Both the position numbers and the translations under genes were made by a program. DNA of 64,000 bases. Origin: Eledone cirrhosa. Its lineage: Eukaryota. Location of the stretch: the NCBI GenBank assembly GCA_964016885.1, contig OZ024747.1, forward strand, positions 65,348,001-65,412,000, written 5' to 3'. The notes under the pieces are model-generated. The model saw only the letters and a program-made list of their open reading frames with translations, made no database searches and was not told the origin of the DNA. Below, piece by piece: positions 1 to 13,905 of the stretch (positions are counted from its first letter, which is position 1; each line of letters starts with the position of its first letter).

Positions 1-3000
1 AGATTCAGTATAGGTAAAAAACGATGCTATAAACTTTTCTGGATGGGAAACGACAACAGACTGAGTGGAGTAGGAATTATGTTAGCTGAAAAATGGGTAG
101 ATAAGGTAATCAACGTAAATAGAGTAAATGACAGAATAATTAAAATAAGGCTAGTTCTAAATAAAACTACTGTGACAATAATATCCACTTATGCACCCCA
201 ATCTGGTCTACTTGATGGTATAAAGGACAGGTTCTATGAGATGCTAATGCACACTACCTCCCAAATAACAGACAGCGACTACCTAATTATTGCTGGCGAT
301 CTAAACGGCCACGTTGGACAACATAGTGATGGCTATGATGGAATCCATGGAGGCTATGGGGTTGGAAATAGAAATGAGGAGGGCTTCAGAATCCTGGAAT
401 TCTGTGACGCCAATAACCTAACTACCTGTAACACAGACTTCAAAAAACGTGAAAACCACTTTGATCACCTATAGATCAGGGGAACACGCCAGCCAGATAG
501 ATTATATCCTTACTAGAAGACGGGATAAAGTGTCTGTTGTAAACACTAAATCCCTCCCCCGTGAAGAATGCACCTCCCAACATAGCCTAGTAGTTAGTGA
601 CCGCACAGTCAGAAATAGACGTACTCGACGACAGAGGAGGCCTACTTGAGGAGAAGAATATGGAAGTTGAAGGACCCCATAGCCAGTGACAAATTTAAAA
701 GCTTATTACTTGATGCCTTTGACAATAAGGAAGAGCAATTAGAGACGTGCGATATAGAGGAACAGTGGCAATTCTCGAAAGTGAACCTGCTGAAAGCAAT
801 GGATGAAATCTGAGGCTGGAGCAGACCTATTGGCAGGAGGAGAGTAACTTGGTGGTGGAACAGTAAGGTGGAAGAGACAATCAAGGCCAAAAAGCAGGCT
901 TGGAAAGTTTGGCAGGATAGGGGAAGTAGAGAACACTATCAAGTGGCCAGGAGAGAAGCTAGGAGACAAGTGTACCTTGCAAAAAGGGAAGCAGAGGATA
1001 GAAAGTTCAAGCATGTTCTACAACATGAGGACCAAAAACACGAGGTGTTCAGGATTGCTAGACAATGTGTCAAAGAAAACCGTGATATTGTCGGGGAGAA
1101 GTGTGTACATAATGATAACGGTGTACTTGCCCTCACTGATGCTGATAAGAAGATAGCCTGGAAGTGTCACTACGAAAGACTATTAAATGAGGAGAATAAG
1201 TGGGAAAAAGAAAGTCTGCCACAAATCGATCCAATAGAAGGACCAGCGGTGCAAGTTAAAGGTAGTATAATAAGTAAGGCAATCAAAGATATGAAGACAG
1301 GCAAGGCAGCTGGGCCTTCGGAGCTAGTTGCTGGGATGTTGAAGGCATCTGGAATGGTGGGACATACTATGGTCACCCGTATAGTTAACCATACAGAATG
1401 GGGTCATACCAAAGGACTGGCGTAGCAGCATCATCATTAACTGCTACAAGGGTAAAGGAGATGCTCTAGATAGAGGAAACTATAGAGGCATTAAGTTAAT
1501 TGACCAGGTCATGAAGGTCACAGAAAGAGTTATAGCGCAACTAATCAGAGAGCGAATTGATCTAGATGAAATGCAGTTTGTGTTTGTGTCAGGTAAAAGT
1601 ACCACATATGCTCTTTTCCTTGTATGACAACTACAAGAGAAGTACCTAGCTAAAGGTAAACCCCTCTACTTAGCTTTAGTAGACCTGGAAAAAGCCTTTG
1701 ACAGAGTCCCCCGCTCCATTATCTGGTGGGCTCTTAGAAAACTAGGTGTAGATGAATGGCTTGTGAGAGCTATACAAGCTATGTATAATGAAACAGTCAG
1801 CAAGGTTAGAATTAACAATGAATATTGTGAAGGATTTAGTGTAAAAGTTGGTGTTCACCAAGGCTCTGTCCTTAGCCCCCTCCTATTTATATTGCCCTTC
1901 AGGCTATAACAGTGGAGTTCAAGACCGGCTGCCCATGGGAACTCCTATACGCAGATGATCTAACGCTCATAGCTGAATCAATAGCTGAACTAGAAAAGAA
2001 ATTCCAAACATGGAAGCATGGCCTAGAATCAAAAGGCCTTAAAGTTAACTTGTCTAAGACTAAAGTCCTAGTTTGTAGAAAGGAAAATAAGGCACAGGTA
2101 CCCTCAGGGAAATGGCCTTGCTCAGCGTGTAGGAAAGGAGTAGGCAGAAATTCAATTTTATGTCACAAATGCAAAGTATGGGTACATAAAAGATGTAGTG
2201 GGATCATAGGTAAACTATCTAAGAACATAGACTTTATATGTGGCCGATGCTCAGGTGCAATAAGTAGCAAGTGTCCGCAGGATACTAGCTCCTTCTATTG
2301 CCCAGATGGTTCTATAGAAATAGTAGACACTTTCCGTTACCAGGGTGACGAAATAAGCAGTGGTGGAGGGTGTTTTGAAAGTACAGTAGCCAGAGTCAGA
2401 ACGGGATGGATAAAGTTCAGAGAGCTTATACCGCTGTTGGCCACAAAAGGTTTCTCTCTAAAAATGAAAGGCAGGTTGTATGATACTTGTATACGAACAG
2501 CAATGCTACATGGCAGTGAGACATGGGCATTGTGTGCAGAGGACCTGCGCAGACTGGAAAGGAACGAAGCTTGCATGCTCCGTTGGATGTGTAATAGTAA
2601 CATACGTGAATGGCAAAGCATAAATGAACTAAGTGAGAAATTAGGAATAAGAGGGATCAGATGCTGTTTACTCGAGAGAAGACTACGTTGGTATGGCCAC
2701 GTGAAGCGCATGAAAGACGACAGCTGTATAAAAAAGTGCAGGGCGATCAAAATTGATGGTAGTTACGGAGTGGGTAGACCCAGAAAAACCTGGGACGATC
2801 TGATAAATTCCGACCTTACACACTTGCACCTCTCTAAGACAATGTCACTGGACCGAGATCTTTGGCACTACGCAGTAATACAGAAGACCCGCGTTGCCTA
2901 TGTACAAAGCGAAACCTACAGTCAGTAGGCACCTCTTAACCAAATATACACCCCAATCCACTACCCCTACCCTATCCTCCCACTCCCACCAACACCCTCC

Positions 3001-3330
3001 TCCCCCTCTCTATAAAGTTGGTACCACAACATCCAGTCCAAATAAATTAGATAAATGAGACCGAGATCGAGATCGTGTAGGTATCACGAGAAAAAAACAC
3101 ACAGTCCACGCTGTAATGTGGCCGTGTAGGTAGCACGGTAAAAAGTTCCCAGTTCCACACTGTAAATGTGGTTGGTGTTAGGAAGGGCATCCAGCCGTAG
3201 AAAACCTGCCAGATAGTCCTATATGAGCGAGACACGGTCACCCGACCAACCTTGCCTCAAGTGGGACAACTCCCATCTAACCCTTGTTAGCGTGGAAAGT
3301 GGACGTTAAACGAGGATGATGATGATGATA
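1..3330 (+). mobile_element. RTE-clade LINE (family A), near full length, disrupted ORF (APE endonuclease, RT, PHD-like finger)
   Basis: ORF pieces 43-474 (YAPQ, GDLNGH), 449-649 (SQIDY), 868-1425 and 1912-2928 ([22 protein letters not shown]), broken by frameshifts and stops; the 3' UTR ends in a (GAT)n tail at ~3315-3328. Confidence 0.93.
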
Positions 3331-3744
3331 TATATATATTTTGTTATACTTGGGGAGGGTCATATTGTTGTAATAATATTGCCAGAAATAATAACAGAAC
3401 ACACTCACGGTTTGGTTGGTTTTCGCTTCTGTATCTTTTATATCTCCATAGATATAATGTGTGTTCTGTTGTTATTTCTGGCAATACTATATATATATAT
3501 ATTTGTTTAAGTTTGGTGGATCAACTCCTGATATGTATGTATATACATATATACACACATATATATTGGTTTACAAAGCTAGTCAAACAGAATCAGTGCA
3601 GCTTCGGCTGATATGATAATGTTTGTATGTAAGAAATACAAACCCATTACTCAGAGTACACACACATACGTTAATCAGTAAGACAAACAACTATGTATGG
3701 GTACTGATATTATAATGTGTGTGTTTGTCTGTATAAGCATATAC

Positions 3745-4105
3745 AGATCATTATCATCATCATCATCATCATTTTACGTCCGCTTTTCCCTACTTGCAAG
3801 GGTGGGACAGGTCCTATTCAGCACAGCATCTCTCCACTTGTCATGGTCCTTCATCATCTGCTCCATGAATTTCAGCGATCTGAGGTCTGCTCTCACCACC
3901 CTCCGCCCATGTTTTTCGTGGTCTTCCTCTACTGCATCTTCCTTCTACTGCGATTTCTTGGCACTTCTTTACCCAGCGGTCATCCTTCATGCGCATCACA
4001 TGTCCATACCATCTCAGTCTTCTCTCCTGCAAACCACAACTTATCCCTCTTATACCCAGTTTCTTTCTCAACTCATCCATGCTTGGTGGTTCACGTACAT
4101 TGACA
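3745..4105 (-). mobile_element. 5'-truncated RTE LINE 3' fragment (family B)
   Basis: [13 protein letters not shown]...GRPRKTW; (CAT)n tail on the plus strand; similar to 61780-62125. Confidence 0.88.
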
Positions 4106-4149
4106 TATAGATATATATGGTTTTGTCCATAAAATCTGTCCAGTAATTC

Positions 4150-4524
4150 TTTCCTCAGATATTGTGACCATATGTCTGTAGTATCGGAGCTGTGATATCT
4201 CAACTTGGAGAAGTAACAGCTCTACCTGGAATGACTCTTTATCAAGTAACATTACTCCAAAAGCCTTCAGAAGAACCCCATTTTAACCGCTTGTATTTGT
4301 GATCATATTCATTTGGTCATTACCCAAGATTCATGACCATAATTAACGGTTGCCATGAATAACAAATTGAATATAGTCTGTTTGGCTTTTATGCCTACCT
4401 CTCTTCTTCTGAAGACCAAATGCTGAAGCTGGTGCATTACTGCCACAAGAGTGAAAACTATATTGCTCTTCAGGTAACTTTGACTCGACACTATCCCTAC
4501 ATTTCTTTGACAGAAACTTAACAT
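4150..4524 (-). mobile_element. Old, degenerate RTE-like RT C-terminal fragment
   Basis: Translation NYGHESWVMTK resembles the RTE LxYGxEtW motif. Confidence 0.45.
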
Positions 4525-4682
4525 AGATTTTACTGGGGAGGCTTATAAGGGAATCAAGACCAGGTATATGGATACTGTTGTATCCAAATTCATATAGCTC
4601 TTTGAGCAGACTGAGAACATTAAAATGGAGTGAAGCCTTTTACTTAAATTATTTTTATTTATTGCAAACATTATATATTATA

Positions 4683-4875
4683 AGGGCGGTGAATTGGCAG
4701 TATCGGTAGAGGGTTGGACGCCATGCTTTCTAGCATAGTTACATCCCTTTACAGTCTGAGTTCAAATCCTGCCGAGGTTAACTTTGCCTTTCATCCTTAC
4801 GGGGTCGATAAAATAAAGTACCAGTAATGTACTGGATAATTGCTGGCTTTGTGCCTAAAGTAGAAACAATTATAT
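4683..4875 (+). mobile_element. tRNA-derived SINE, family S1 (related copies ~6018-6185-, 17445-17610-, 18568-18775+, 20588-20810+, 37127-37303+, 56800-56985-, 57215-57370-)
   Basis: B-box-like GAGTTCAAATCC followed by conserved body ACTTTGCCTTTCATCCTT...GTCGATAAAATAAAGTACCAGT and an (ATT)n-type tail, repeated across the window. Confidence 0.8.
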
Positions 4876-5164
4876 AATTTACTCTCAATGTGATTATCGT
4901 TAGATATGAAAAAATGTTCTGAAAATTTACAGTCATCAGTGGTCTAGTGCATAAGAACATTGCTACACTTTAGAAACAATAGTCCCAGGTTCAAATCCAC
5001 TTCTATACGATAAGGCGATGTACAAAAATGGTGGTTTTATATAAAACCAACTCAAACATAGTGTAGATTAGGTGTTGTTTTCTTGAAACATGGGGTAAAA
5101 TGTAAAAAATAGTGTGTTTTTTTCAGAAGGATTACAGCAGTGCAAATTAATTTAAAATAAAATA

Positions 5165-5560
5165 ATGGTTTCTTTATTAACTACAAAGGGTCTACATCAA
5201 GAAAAACATTGACAGTACAGGACGAAAACATATAGTGTGTGTGTGTTGGTGTGTGGGTTTTGCATGTAAACAAATTTTAACAATGTTAAAAAAAAGCTAA
5301 CAATAAAATTAAAGCAAGGTTCCTCAATAGAAGGGGAGATGTCTGAGTGTCATTCGTAGAAAAAAAACCCACAGATGCCTTGATCTTTTGGGTAAGTACC
5401 CTTCCCCAGTTGTACTCCTCCAATCTACAGGCTCACACTCAGAGTGGGCCCATTCACTCAGGCCATGCGCGCTTCTCACACACACCTTTCAACAAATTGC
5501 TTTGAAGGCAGCAGTTCTCTCCCCACCCTGAATTTCCTTTTCAAATTTAACATAAAATGA
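5165..5560 (-). mobile_element. Degenerate Tx1/L1-clade 3' end
   Basis: TCTTTATTAACTACAAAGGG resembles the reverse complement of the 3' end of the element at ~20540-20560; the adjacent sequence resembles 20190-20400. Confidence 0.55.
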
Positions 5561-7339
5561 TAACAAAGTTGTTGGAATGTTACTTTGGAGGTGTTTAATT
5601 AGTCCTAAATATTCATCAAAGGAAGAGTTAAGGAAACAGGAAGTAATAATAAATAAATCAAAAGGACTTATACTCTGTGACCCTTTCACTCCTTACAAAG
5701 TTGAAAAGAAAAAAAGAATCAGCACTTTCAGATTAAAAAGTGCCAGCATATAAACAACTCATCATCATCATCATGTTAAAATTAAAAATGTTTGTTTTAT
5801 CTGAAAAACGATAACCCATCTCATGTATTTCAATATTTAATTTAGTTTCAACAGAATTTTAACTTTTCTTTCAATTTAATTCAATTTGCTTTCCTTACTT
5901 TGGCTTCTTGAAACATCATTGTTCCATTAACATGAAATTCAACCCACACCCACTACACACATAAACACACCTGCTATGCAAATAATAATAATAATAATAA
6001 TAATAATATTAATGATAATTGTTTCTACTTTAGGCACAAGGCCAGCAATTTGAAGGGGAGGAGAAAGTCTATTAAAATAACCCAAGTGCATTACTAGTAC
6101 TTTATTTTATCAACCCATTAGGATGAAAGGCAAAGCTAACCTCGACGGGATTTGAACCCAGTAAGTAAAGGGCCATAACTCTATGCTTTTCAGCATAGAG
6201 TTAATAATAATGATTTCTAGTATAGTCGGCACAAGGCCAAATCCAAGGAACCAACAATATGAATAAGGTAACATAAAAACAAACTAAAAAAACACAACAT
6301 AAATTAACTTTCAATTAAGTTTCAATTAATATTGCTAAATCAACTGGAAAGAGGATCTTGAAATGAGGAAATATTAATGAGCCTAATAATAATAATAATG
6401 TTCTATTAAGATTTGGTTTCATTGGTAATCAATTAATTAGAGAAGAAAACCAAACATGGTTCTCTTTGTAACCATAGCTGAGACTGTATTTCAAATTTTA
6501 AATTTCCTCTCAGACCATATTTTCCATGCAGTCATTAAGTTACAGAAATTCAATCTAAAAGTCAATTGCATTCACCTTGTCAAGACAGCAGGGCCTGTAA
6601 ATGGCCATGGGCACTACTACACTTCCTTTCACTAAATAATTACAAAAGCTTTGGTACAAGATAGGACTGGCAACAGAAGAAATAGTCAGTTGAAATGCCC
6701 TTAGCCTTATTTTGATATTTACAACAGTTCTTACATTCCAAATTGTCTTTCTTTTCTTGACTCTCTTTCATTGGCCTCAAACCAGATAACTAATTTTCTA
6801 CTACTCTCCATCTATTTTGTGAATCCTTTATAGACAACTGTCCTTATATTTCTTTCTTTCCCAGTGTTAAATATTGTACATAAACCCTTGTCTTTTCACA
6901 ACTTACATAGACATTTATGTACCTATATTTGCCCTATCTTCAATATTGTTTATATAGAAATACTTGTTTGTATTCATCTATGCTGTTTATTTTCTATTCA
7001 GTTGCTTTGTTGATATCTTGTCTTATGCATCTTTCCTGCGTCAATAAGTTTTTACAGCATTGTACAACCTGGCTATAATATTAAAAATCCCATCCTATTG
7101 TATGAAATTGTCTTTCCAAGGAGTGGCTGATGAGGAATAAAGACGCTTGTGTTTGTCTGTCATCTATGTCTGTGTTTCCACATGCACATTTGCTAATCCT
7201 CATCATCATCATCATCGTTTTAATGTCTGCTTTCCCTGTTAGCAAAGGTTAGACGGGTCTACATAGACCAAGTCAATACTGAAGCAGAGCTACTGACCTT
7301 CCAGACAAGCTGGGGGGTTGTTATCTTGCTTATGTATGG

Positions 7340-7520
7340 CCTCATATTCTACCAGGATTAACTCCCCAACTACTGCTGGTACTCACTCTCAGCTGAGTGT
7401 ACTGGAGCAATGTCAAATAAAGTGTTTTGCTCAAGAACACAATGCAGCAGCCTGTCCAGGAATCAAACCGATGACATTACAATGCAACGTCAAGCCTCCT
7501 AACCATCAAGCCATGCACCT
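7340..7520 (-). mobile_element. Degenerate tRNA-derived CORE-like SINE (family S2)
   Basis: Similar to 36310-36450 and 54110-54250 (CTGGAGCAA...AAATAAAGTG...TGCTCAAG). Confidence 0.65.
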
Positions 7521-8004
7521 TCACATATAATATTTTACCATACACTATATATGTTTGAGAACAATATATATTTTACCAAATACCATATGTGTGTGTGTGT
7601 GTGCACGTATATGAAAGAATACTATGTATAATATTTGCATTTTTTTTTTAAAGAAATTAATAGGGTTGATATAGCTAACAGGCATAAACTAATTTTTCAT
7701 TCGGGTCTGTAAAATCATTTTTATTTCCAATAATTTATTGAGTAAGCATGAGAAGAAACACATGTAAGTGGATTTCTCATATAGTTTAGTGTAAAATAAA
7801 TACACCAACAAAATAAAAACATTGTTGAGATAGTGAAGTACAATAGTAGATTTATTTGTAAATATACCACAGAATATGTCTTATTTGCAAGGGTAATCAC
7901 ATTTTCTTTCTCTAATCATGACCACTGGCAAAGACATTTTTTCTGTTAACATAATATGCTGGAGTAAAAACATATCTAAGCTTCTGTTCTCTGATGTTGA
8001 AACA

Positions 8005-8765
8005 AGTACAACAGCAACAATAATTACAAGGAAAACAACAGAGGTGATAACAACAGTGACAACAACATCAATGACAACAACCACAATGGCAATAACAACA
8101 ATAACGATAACAAAAACAAAGAACAATGACAACAACAACAATGGCAATAACAACAACAACTGCAAAAATGATAACGATGACAAAAGCAATGGCGACAACA
8201 ACAACATCAGTAACAATGACAACAACGGCAATAACAATAACAACAACAACAACAATAGGAATAACAACAACAATGGCAACAACAACAACGACTATAAGAA
8301 CAACAACAACAACTATAATAAGAAGAACAACAACGACGACTATAAGAACAACAACAACAACGACTATAAGAACACCAACAACAACAACTATAAGAAGAAG
8401 AACAACAACGACTATAAGAAGAACAACAACGACTACAAGAACATCACCAACAACAACTATAAGAAGAACAACAACAACAACGACTATAAGAACACCAACA
8501 ACTATAATAAGAAGAACAACAACAACGACGACTATAAGAACAACAACAACAACGACTACAAGAACACCAACAACAACAACTATAAGAAGAACAACAAGAA
8601 CAACGACTATAAGAACACCAACAACAACGACTATAAGAACACCAACAACAACAACTATAAGAAGAACACCAACAACAACAGCAATAACAACAACAACAAT
8701 AGGAACAACAACAACAACAGCAATAGGAACAACAACAACAACAAATAATAAGTACAGCAGCAGCA
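8005..8765. repeat. Compound (AAC)n microsatellite with higher-order GACTATAAGAAC units
   Basis: Direct inspection. Confidence 0.95.
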
Positions 8766-8872
8766 AGAAAAATATCAAGTTTTGATTACCTTGAAATATT
8801 TCAAACATTTTTTTTTAGAAAATATGTAAAAACAAAAGTTGATAACTGATTAAACTAAGTTGTACCTTCCAG

Positions 8873-8898
8873 GTATGTGTGTATGTGACTGTGTGAGA

Positions 8899-8930
<32 letters not shown>

Positions 8931-8937
8931 CTCTGTA

Positions 8938-8971
<34 letters not shown>

Positions 8972-9629
8972 TGACTGTGTGTGTATGTGACTGTGTGTGA
9001 GACTATGTATGTGTGTGTGTGAGAGACAGAGAGAGAGAGACTGTGTATGTGTGTGAATGTATGTGGGACTATGTATGTGGTGTGTGTGAGAGAGAAAGAG
9101 AGAGACTGTATTTGTATGTGTGTGTATGTATGTGACTGTGTGTGGGACTATGTGTGTGAGAGAAAGAGAGAGACTCTATGTATGTGTGTATGTGTATGTA
9201 TGTGACTGTATGGGGGACTATGTGTGTGTGTGAGAGAGAGAGACTGTGTATTTGTGTATGTGTATGTGTGTGTGGGACTATGCATGTGTGTGTGTGTATA
9301 TGTATGTGACTGTGTGTGGGACTATGTATGTGTGTGTGAGAGAGAGAGAGAGACTGTATGTGTGTGTGTATGTATGTGTATATATGTATGTGTGTATGTA
9401 TGTGTGTATGTATGTGTATGTGTGTGTGTAGTGTCTATAAGGGTATATATCTTTATGGATATGTATGTGTATATGTGAGTCTGTGAGTGTCTATATGGGT
9501 GTATCTGTCAGTGTATATATATATATATATATGTGTGTGTCTATGTTTGTGTCTGTGTGCGTATGTGTGAGTGTCTATATTAGTATATGTCTGTGGTGTA
9601 TATCTTTGTTTCTTAAATTCAAAATAAAC

Positions 9630-9707
<78 letters not shown>
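8873..9707. repeat. (TG)/(GA)/(TA) compound microsatellite
   Basis: Direct inspection. Confidence 0.95.
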
Positions 9708-9709
<2 letters not shown>

Positions 9710-10070
9710 GATATATTAACAAATGGAAACTATATTTATAAAACCATATTTATTTCATTATACATATTTCAAGGACACCAAGTTAAATTATGGTGTGCTT
9801 TCATCAGATAAAATATAATATAGATCAGTTTTATGAATAAATATTGACATAGCCTTAAAGAATGCGACCATTTCTGTTGGAAGCTCCCGGAAAGCACACC
9901 ATAATTTAACTTGGTGTCCTTGAAATATGTATAATGAAATAAATATGGTTTTATAAATATAGTTTCCATTTGTTAATATATCGTATTTTTACTCCAATAA
10001 TTTGTTGAGTGCTTTATATCAGTTATAAAAATATTTGCTTGTTGTATCCTAACAATTTAAATAGAACTTC

Positions 10071-10075
<5 letters not shown>
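9706..10075. mobile_element. Fold-back mini-element (arms 9706-9802 / 9891-9986), probable PLE pseudo-LTR remnant
   Basis: ~96-bp inverted repeat between (TA)n tracts; carries a hammerhead motif; related copy at 55503-55680. Confidence 0.7.
9753..9813 (-). ncRNA. Minimal type-I hammerhead ribozyme motif
   Basis: TTTTAT-CTGATGA-AAGCACACCA..TGGTGTCCTT-GAAAT-ATGT-ATA-ATGAAA. Confidence 0.7.
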
Positions 10076-10113
<38 letters not shown>

Positions 10114-10136
10114 TAATAAACAACATAAGGCAATTA

Positions 10137-10196
10137 TTCCATTTACCAGTGGTTTCTTAAAAGCAAAAGGTTTTGCTTTCAATCCTCAGAATGAAA
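10137..10196 (-). ncRNA. Type-I hammerhead motif (PLE1 pseudo-LTR, distal)
   Basis: Near-exact reverse complement of 15315-15374. Confidence 0.8.
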
Positions 10197-10346
10197 AAAT
10201 CCTGGTCTGTTTATTGAATTTGGATTTTAAAAACAAAAATGCAATCTATATGAAAGTGAGGCTGGGGAAGGAAGAAGGAAAGGAAAAATAAAATAAAACT
10301 ACACATGCAAACACACACAAAAAAATACACAAACGCATACATACAT

Positions 10347-10377
<31 letters not shown>

Positions 10378-10460
10378 CATATATACGTATACACATATAT
10401 ATACATACACACATATACACATACACATACATACACATATACGCACATACATACACTCAT

Positions 10461-10491
<31 letters not shown>

Positions 10492-11267
10492 TATACATAC
10501 ACATATATATACACATATACACATATATATATATATATATATGTGTGTACAAGCATACACATACACAAACATAGCCATACACACACACATATACATACAT
10601 ACATTCACACAATCATACATATATACACACGTACATATATACACATACATAAATGCACTCCTCTACATATTCACACACGCAAATAAATATAAGAAAAAAA
10701 TATATATATATTAAAAATATTTTGACACCGATACATAAGGCAACAGCTAACTGGACAGACACGCGTGGTAAGTAATACACACAAATGCACGTATACATAC
10801 GTACGGAATAGTAAATACATACACACACTCTCACACATAAATATACATATACAAATACATAAACACATACATACACATACATGCACAACATATACACACA
10901 TATATGTATATGTAATTATATACACACACACATATATATATATATATATACATAAATATAAACACACACACACACACATATATGTATACATACACACACA
11001 ATTACATACATAGCTATACAATTATACACATACAAATACGTACATATCATAAACACGCACAACCAAATACAAACACACACACATACATATATAAATACAC
11101 ACACGCATATATATACACATATATATATATACATATATATACATATGCATACACATACACACACACATACATGTGTGTATGTGTAAAACTCAGTCTTAGA
11201 TAATTCATATGAACCTTACATATACATATATATAGTAGTAAAGTAATAAAGCAACATAAGGCAATTA

Positions 11268-11327
11268 TTCCATTCACCAGTGGTTTCTTAAAAGCAAAAA
11301 ATTTTTCCTTCAATCTTCAGAATGAAA
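11268..11327 (-). ncRNA. Type-I hammerhead motif (PLE1 pseudo-LTR, proximal; GUG at the cleavage site)
   Basis: Reverse complement of 14143-14202. Confidence 0.65.
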
Positions 11328-11640
11328 AAAACCTGGTCTATCCACATATACATACATATACACACACAAATATATACATATATATGCACATACACACACA
11401 CACACATACATATATATATATACATACATATATACATATATATATACGCACAAATATACATAGACATATACATAGGTATGTGAAGGGCAAGGCAAAAAGA
11501 ATATATGGGGGGAGGGGGCATAAGAAAAGGTGAAATATAAGGGGAGGTAAGGGAGAAAAAAATAAGTAAATATACAAGAGTACAGAACGTAGAATCAGCA
11601 AAATAAAAACCGTAGCAGAAGTAAAGAGCAGAGAAGGAGT

Positions 11641-13905
11641 TCAAGGCGGTTGATTTATCATAGGAGTGTCAATCCAGTTACAGATCAGATGCGATTTCAG
11701 ATGAGGACAGCATCTGAAGATCTCAGTCTTTGAGTTAAGGCAAGCGGAAGTGGCTCTCAAGTTTAGCAAAATCCTATACTTTTCTGTGGTACACAAAGAA
11801 CAATTCTTTGTGCCCCTTTGGTACTCCCTCGAATGGTCTAATATAGACCAATCAATAGAGTACGGGATGTTACTATCCTTGAGTTCCCACACCTTACTTG
11901 CGAGGGCCGTTGATGTTCGTTTATCGGAGTGCTTAAAAGAAGCGACATGTGAGTAAAATCTGGTTTTAAACCTGTCCTGTGTCATACCGACATATCGCTC
12001 ACTCCTGGCTGGCTGGCTGTTGATTACCGGTGTTATCTTAGCCTCATAAACGACAGATTTGGTGTTACATTTACCCTGCAATGGGCATTCATACGGCTTC
12101 CTGCAACTGCATCCTGGATTTATTCTCGTACGGTTTGAACTGGTGATTTTGGACTTCATAGATGGGCAACAAGAGTAGCTGATCTTAACTACGTTCCTAT
12201 TAAATATCTTATATCTATGATTAGGAGGAAAATGTTTGTCTAATAGTTCAAGGAATTTCATTCCTACATTAGTTTTGACAGTTAGAGAGAAGGGGGGTGT
12301 GAACCAAATAATCTTCCTTTTCCTGTTATTGTGGTTAGTTTTAGGGGGGGGGGAGTAGATAAATAAGAATTGTTTTCTGTAAAACCGCTGTTCTTAAAAA
12401 TGTCTATAGATGAAGATAAGGTAGAAATCCTACGGCTAATGTTAGGAATAAGATTATTAAAAACTATAGGGGGATGGCAAGACTCTTTGTGTATATACCT
12501 AAGATTTTCATTAGGTTTATGATAGGGTTTAAAAGAGGCAGTAAGTAGATCAAGATTAATATCAAGAAAGTTAGCATTAGTAAGGTTCGTATCTATAGTA
12601 ATTTTAAGGTTAAGATTAGCAAAAGTATTGATTAAATCTTTACGGAATTTATCAAGGTTATGGCCGTTGGTGGTATGAGAAACTGCTAATCCGTCATCAC
12701 GCTATAAACCGATATTATGGGACGGAAATTTCTCTTTGAGGGTGTGGAGAAGGAATAATCCTACTAAGTCACACACATCCGCACTGTCATATGAACCCAT
12801 TGCAACATCAAAAGAGTTTTCAGGGTTTGACTTTTTAACTCAAATATTATCATTAGTAAAAAGTAAAGTTTTTCTAGCATGAAAGATAATGTCTTCTTCT
12901 AATTTAGAAATATTAATGAAGGGTCTTGCAAAATCTAAGGCATTAATTAATAAGGAAACAGTAATAGAAGGGTAAAAATCGACACTATCAAATTGGGTAA
13001 ATCTACACTTATTTTTACCTTGTATATTATTGAACCAAGAAATAACAGAGGAAGTATTTAGCCACTGTGATAGGTTAGTGTTAGTTCTAATTTGGAGAAT
13101 TATTTTTCTTAAGATTTTCTTACTTGCAAGGCCAACCTCGGATTTAGCCGGGTTAATCAGTCTACAACTAGGTCGATTAGTAAAGTCCAATTTATGGTCT
13201 TTAAGGGTAATATATGCTTTACGCTTAGCTAAGCTTTCAATCCGGTTATCTATTTGTAAAGAACTAGCTAGTTCTTTAGCTTCTTTATTGATAGTACTAG
13301 CAGTAAAGCCCGGCGTTGCTCGGGGTCGCTCAGTAGCTGTGTTAAAGTTACAATGTTAAGTTTCTTTTTTGGCTTAAAAACTGTAGTGTCTACTGTGCAG
13401 ACTTGCATGTGGTAGTTTTTGATTAATATTCCCTCAACCAACAATATGCCTTACGAAGTTAAGAAAACATAACGATAACCCGAATGTTATAACAAAAGAG
13501 GATGCTGGGGATAAAAACTGCACTGGTTATTTATTAACAAAGATCGAAAATGTAAACACTGCAACGCAGAGAAAAACAACGTAAGACGCTCAATGTAAAC
13601 AGAACAAAGGGAAATAATTCGTCACTTACGCTCAAAAATCGATACATTAGATTCGATTTCGTCACATAGGGTGGGTCAATTTGAAATATTTTTTTCCCGA
13701 TGTCTTCGCTAGGGCTCAATGTACAAGTATAGCAATTTCGGTGCAATTCCGTCAGAGATTCTAAGAGGAGATGTGTGCCAAAAATCGATAGACAGACAGA
13801 CAACCACAGCTTTATATATATATAGATAGATTGTAGGTATTATTATTAGTTAATTGATATTTATTGGTAATACTATTAGTTAAAAGTTGGTTATACAAAG
13901 TACTA
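11641..13905 (-). pseudogene. PLE RT + GIY-YIG endonuclease pseudogene (Naiad-like by motifs)
   Basis: RLINPAKSEVG, QFDSVDFYPSI, MGSYDSADVCDLVG, GL*RDDGL, VVYEAKI...YVGMT, CSLC, CPH; nonsense codons at a Trp and at the YRDD Tyr; Helitron insertion. Confidence 0.88.
13297..13830 (-). mobile_element. Non-autonomous Helitron
   Basis: Minus strand starts TC(TATC) and ends CTAG, with a subterminal GC hairpin CCCGAGCAACGCCGGG; sits between A and T with no TSD; removing it restores the PLE frame NNNTYN|TINKEAKEL. Confidence 0.85.

Noticed and set aside
2337-2750. Antisense ORFs over RTE/PLE coding regions (also 25302-25919, 39800-40246, 61526-62248)
   Set aside because: Shadow frames of retroelement ORFs
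7120-7150. GGCTGATGAGGAA hammerhead half
   Set aside because: No downstream GAAA/NUH half
7881-8808. Long Asn/Thr/Val-rich ORFs
   Set aside because: Translations of an (AAC)n microsatellite, open in several frames
12840-12842. In-frame TGA in the PLE1 RT as possible selenocysteine (reported for some Naiad PLEs)
   Set aside because: It aligns with Trp in PLE2 (SYWVRK), not Cys, and the same ORF also has a TAG in YRDD and a Helitron insertion, so it is ordinary decay
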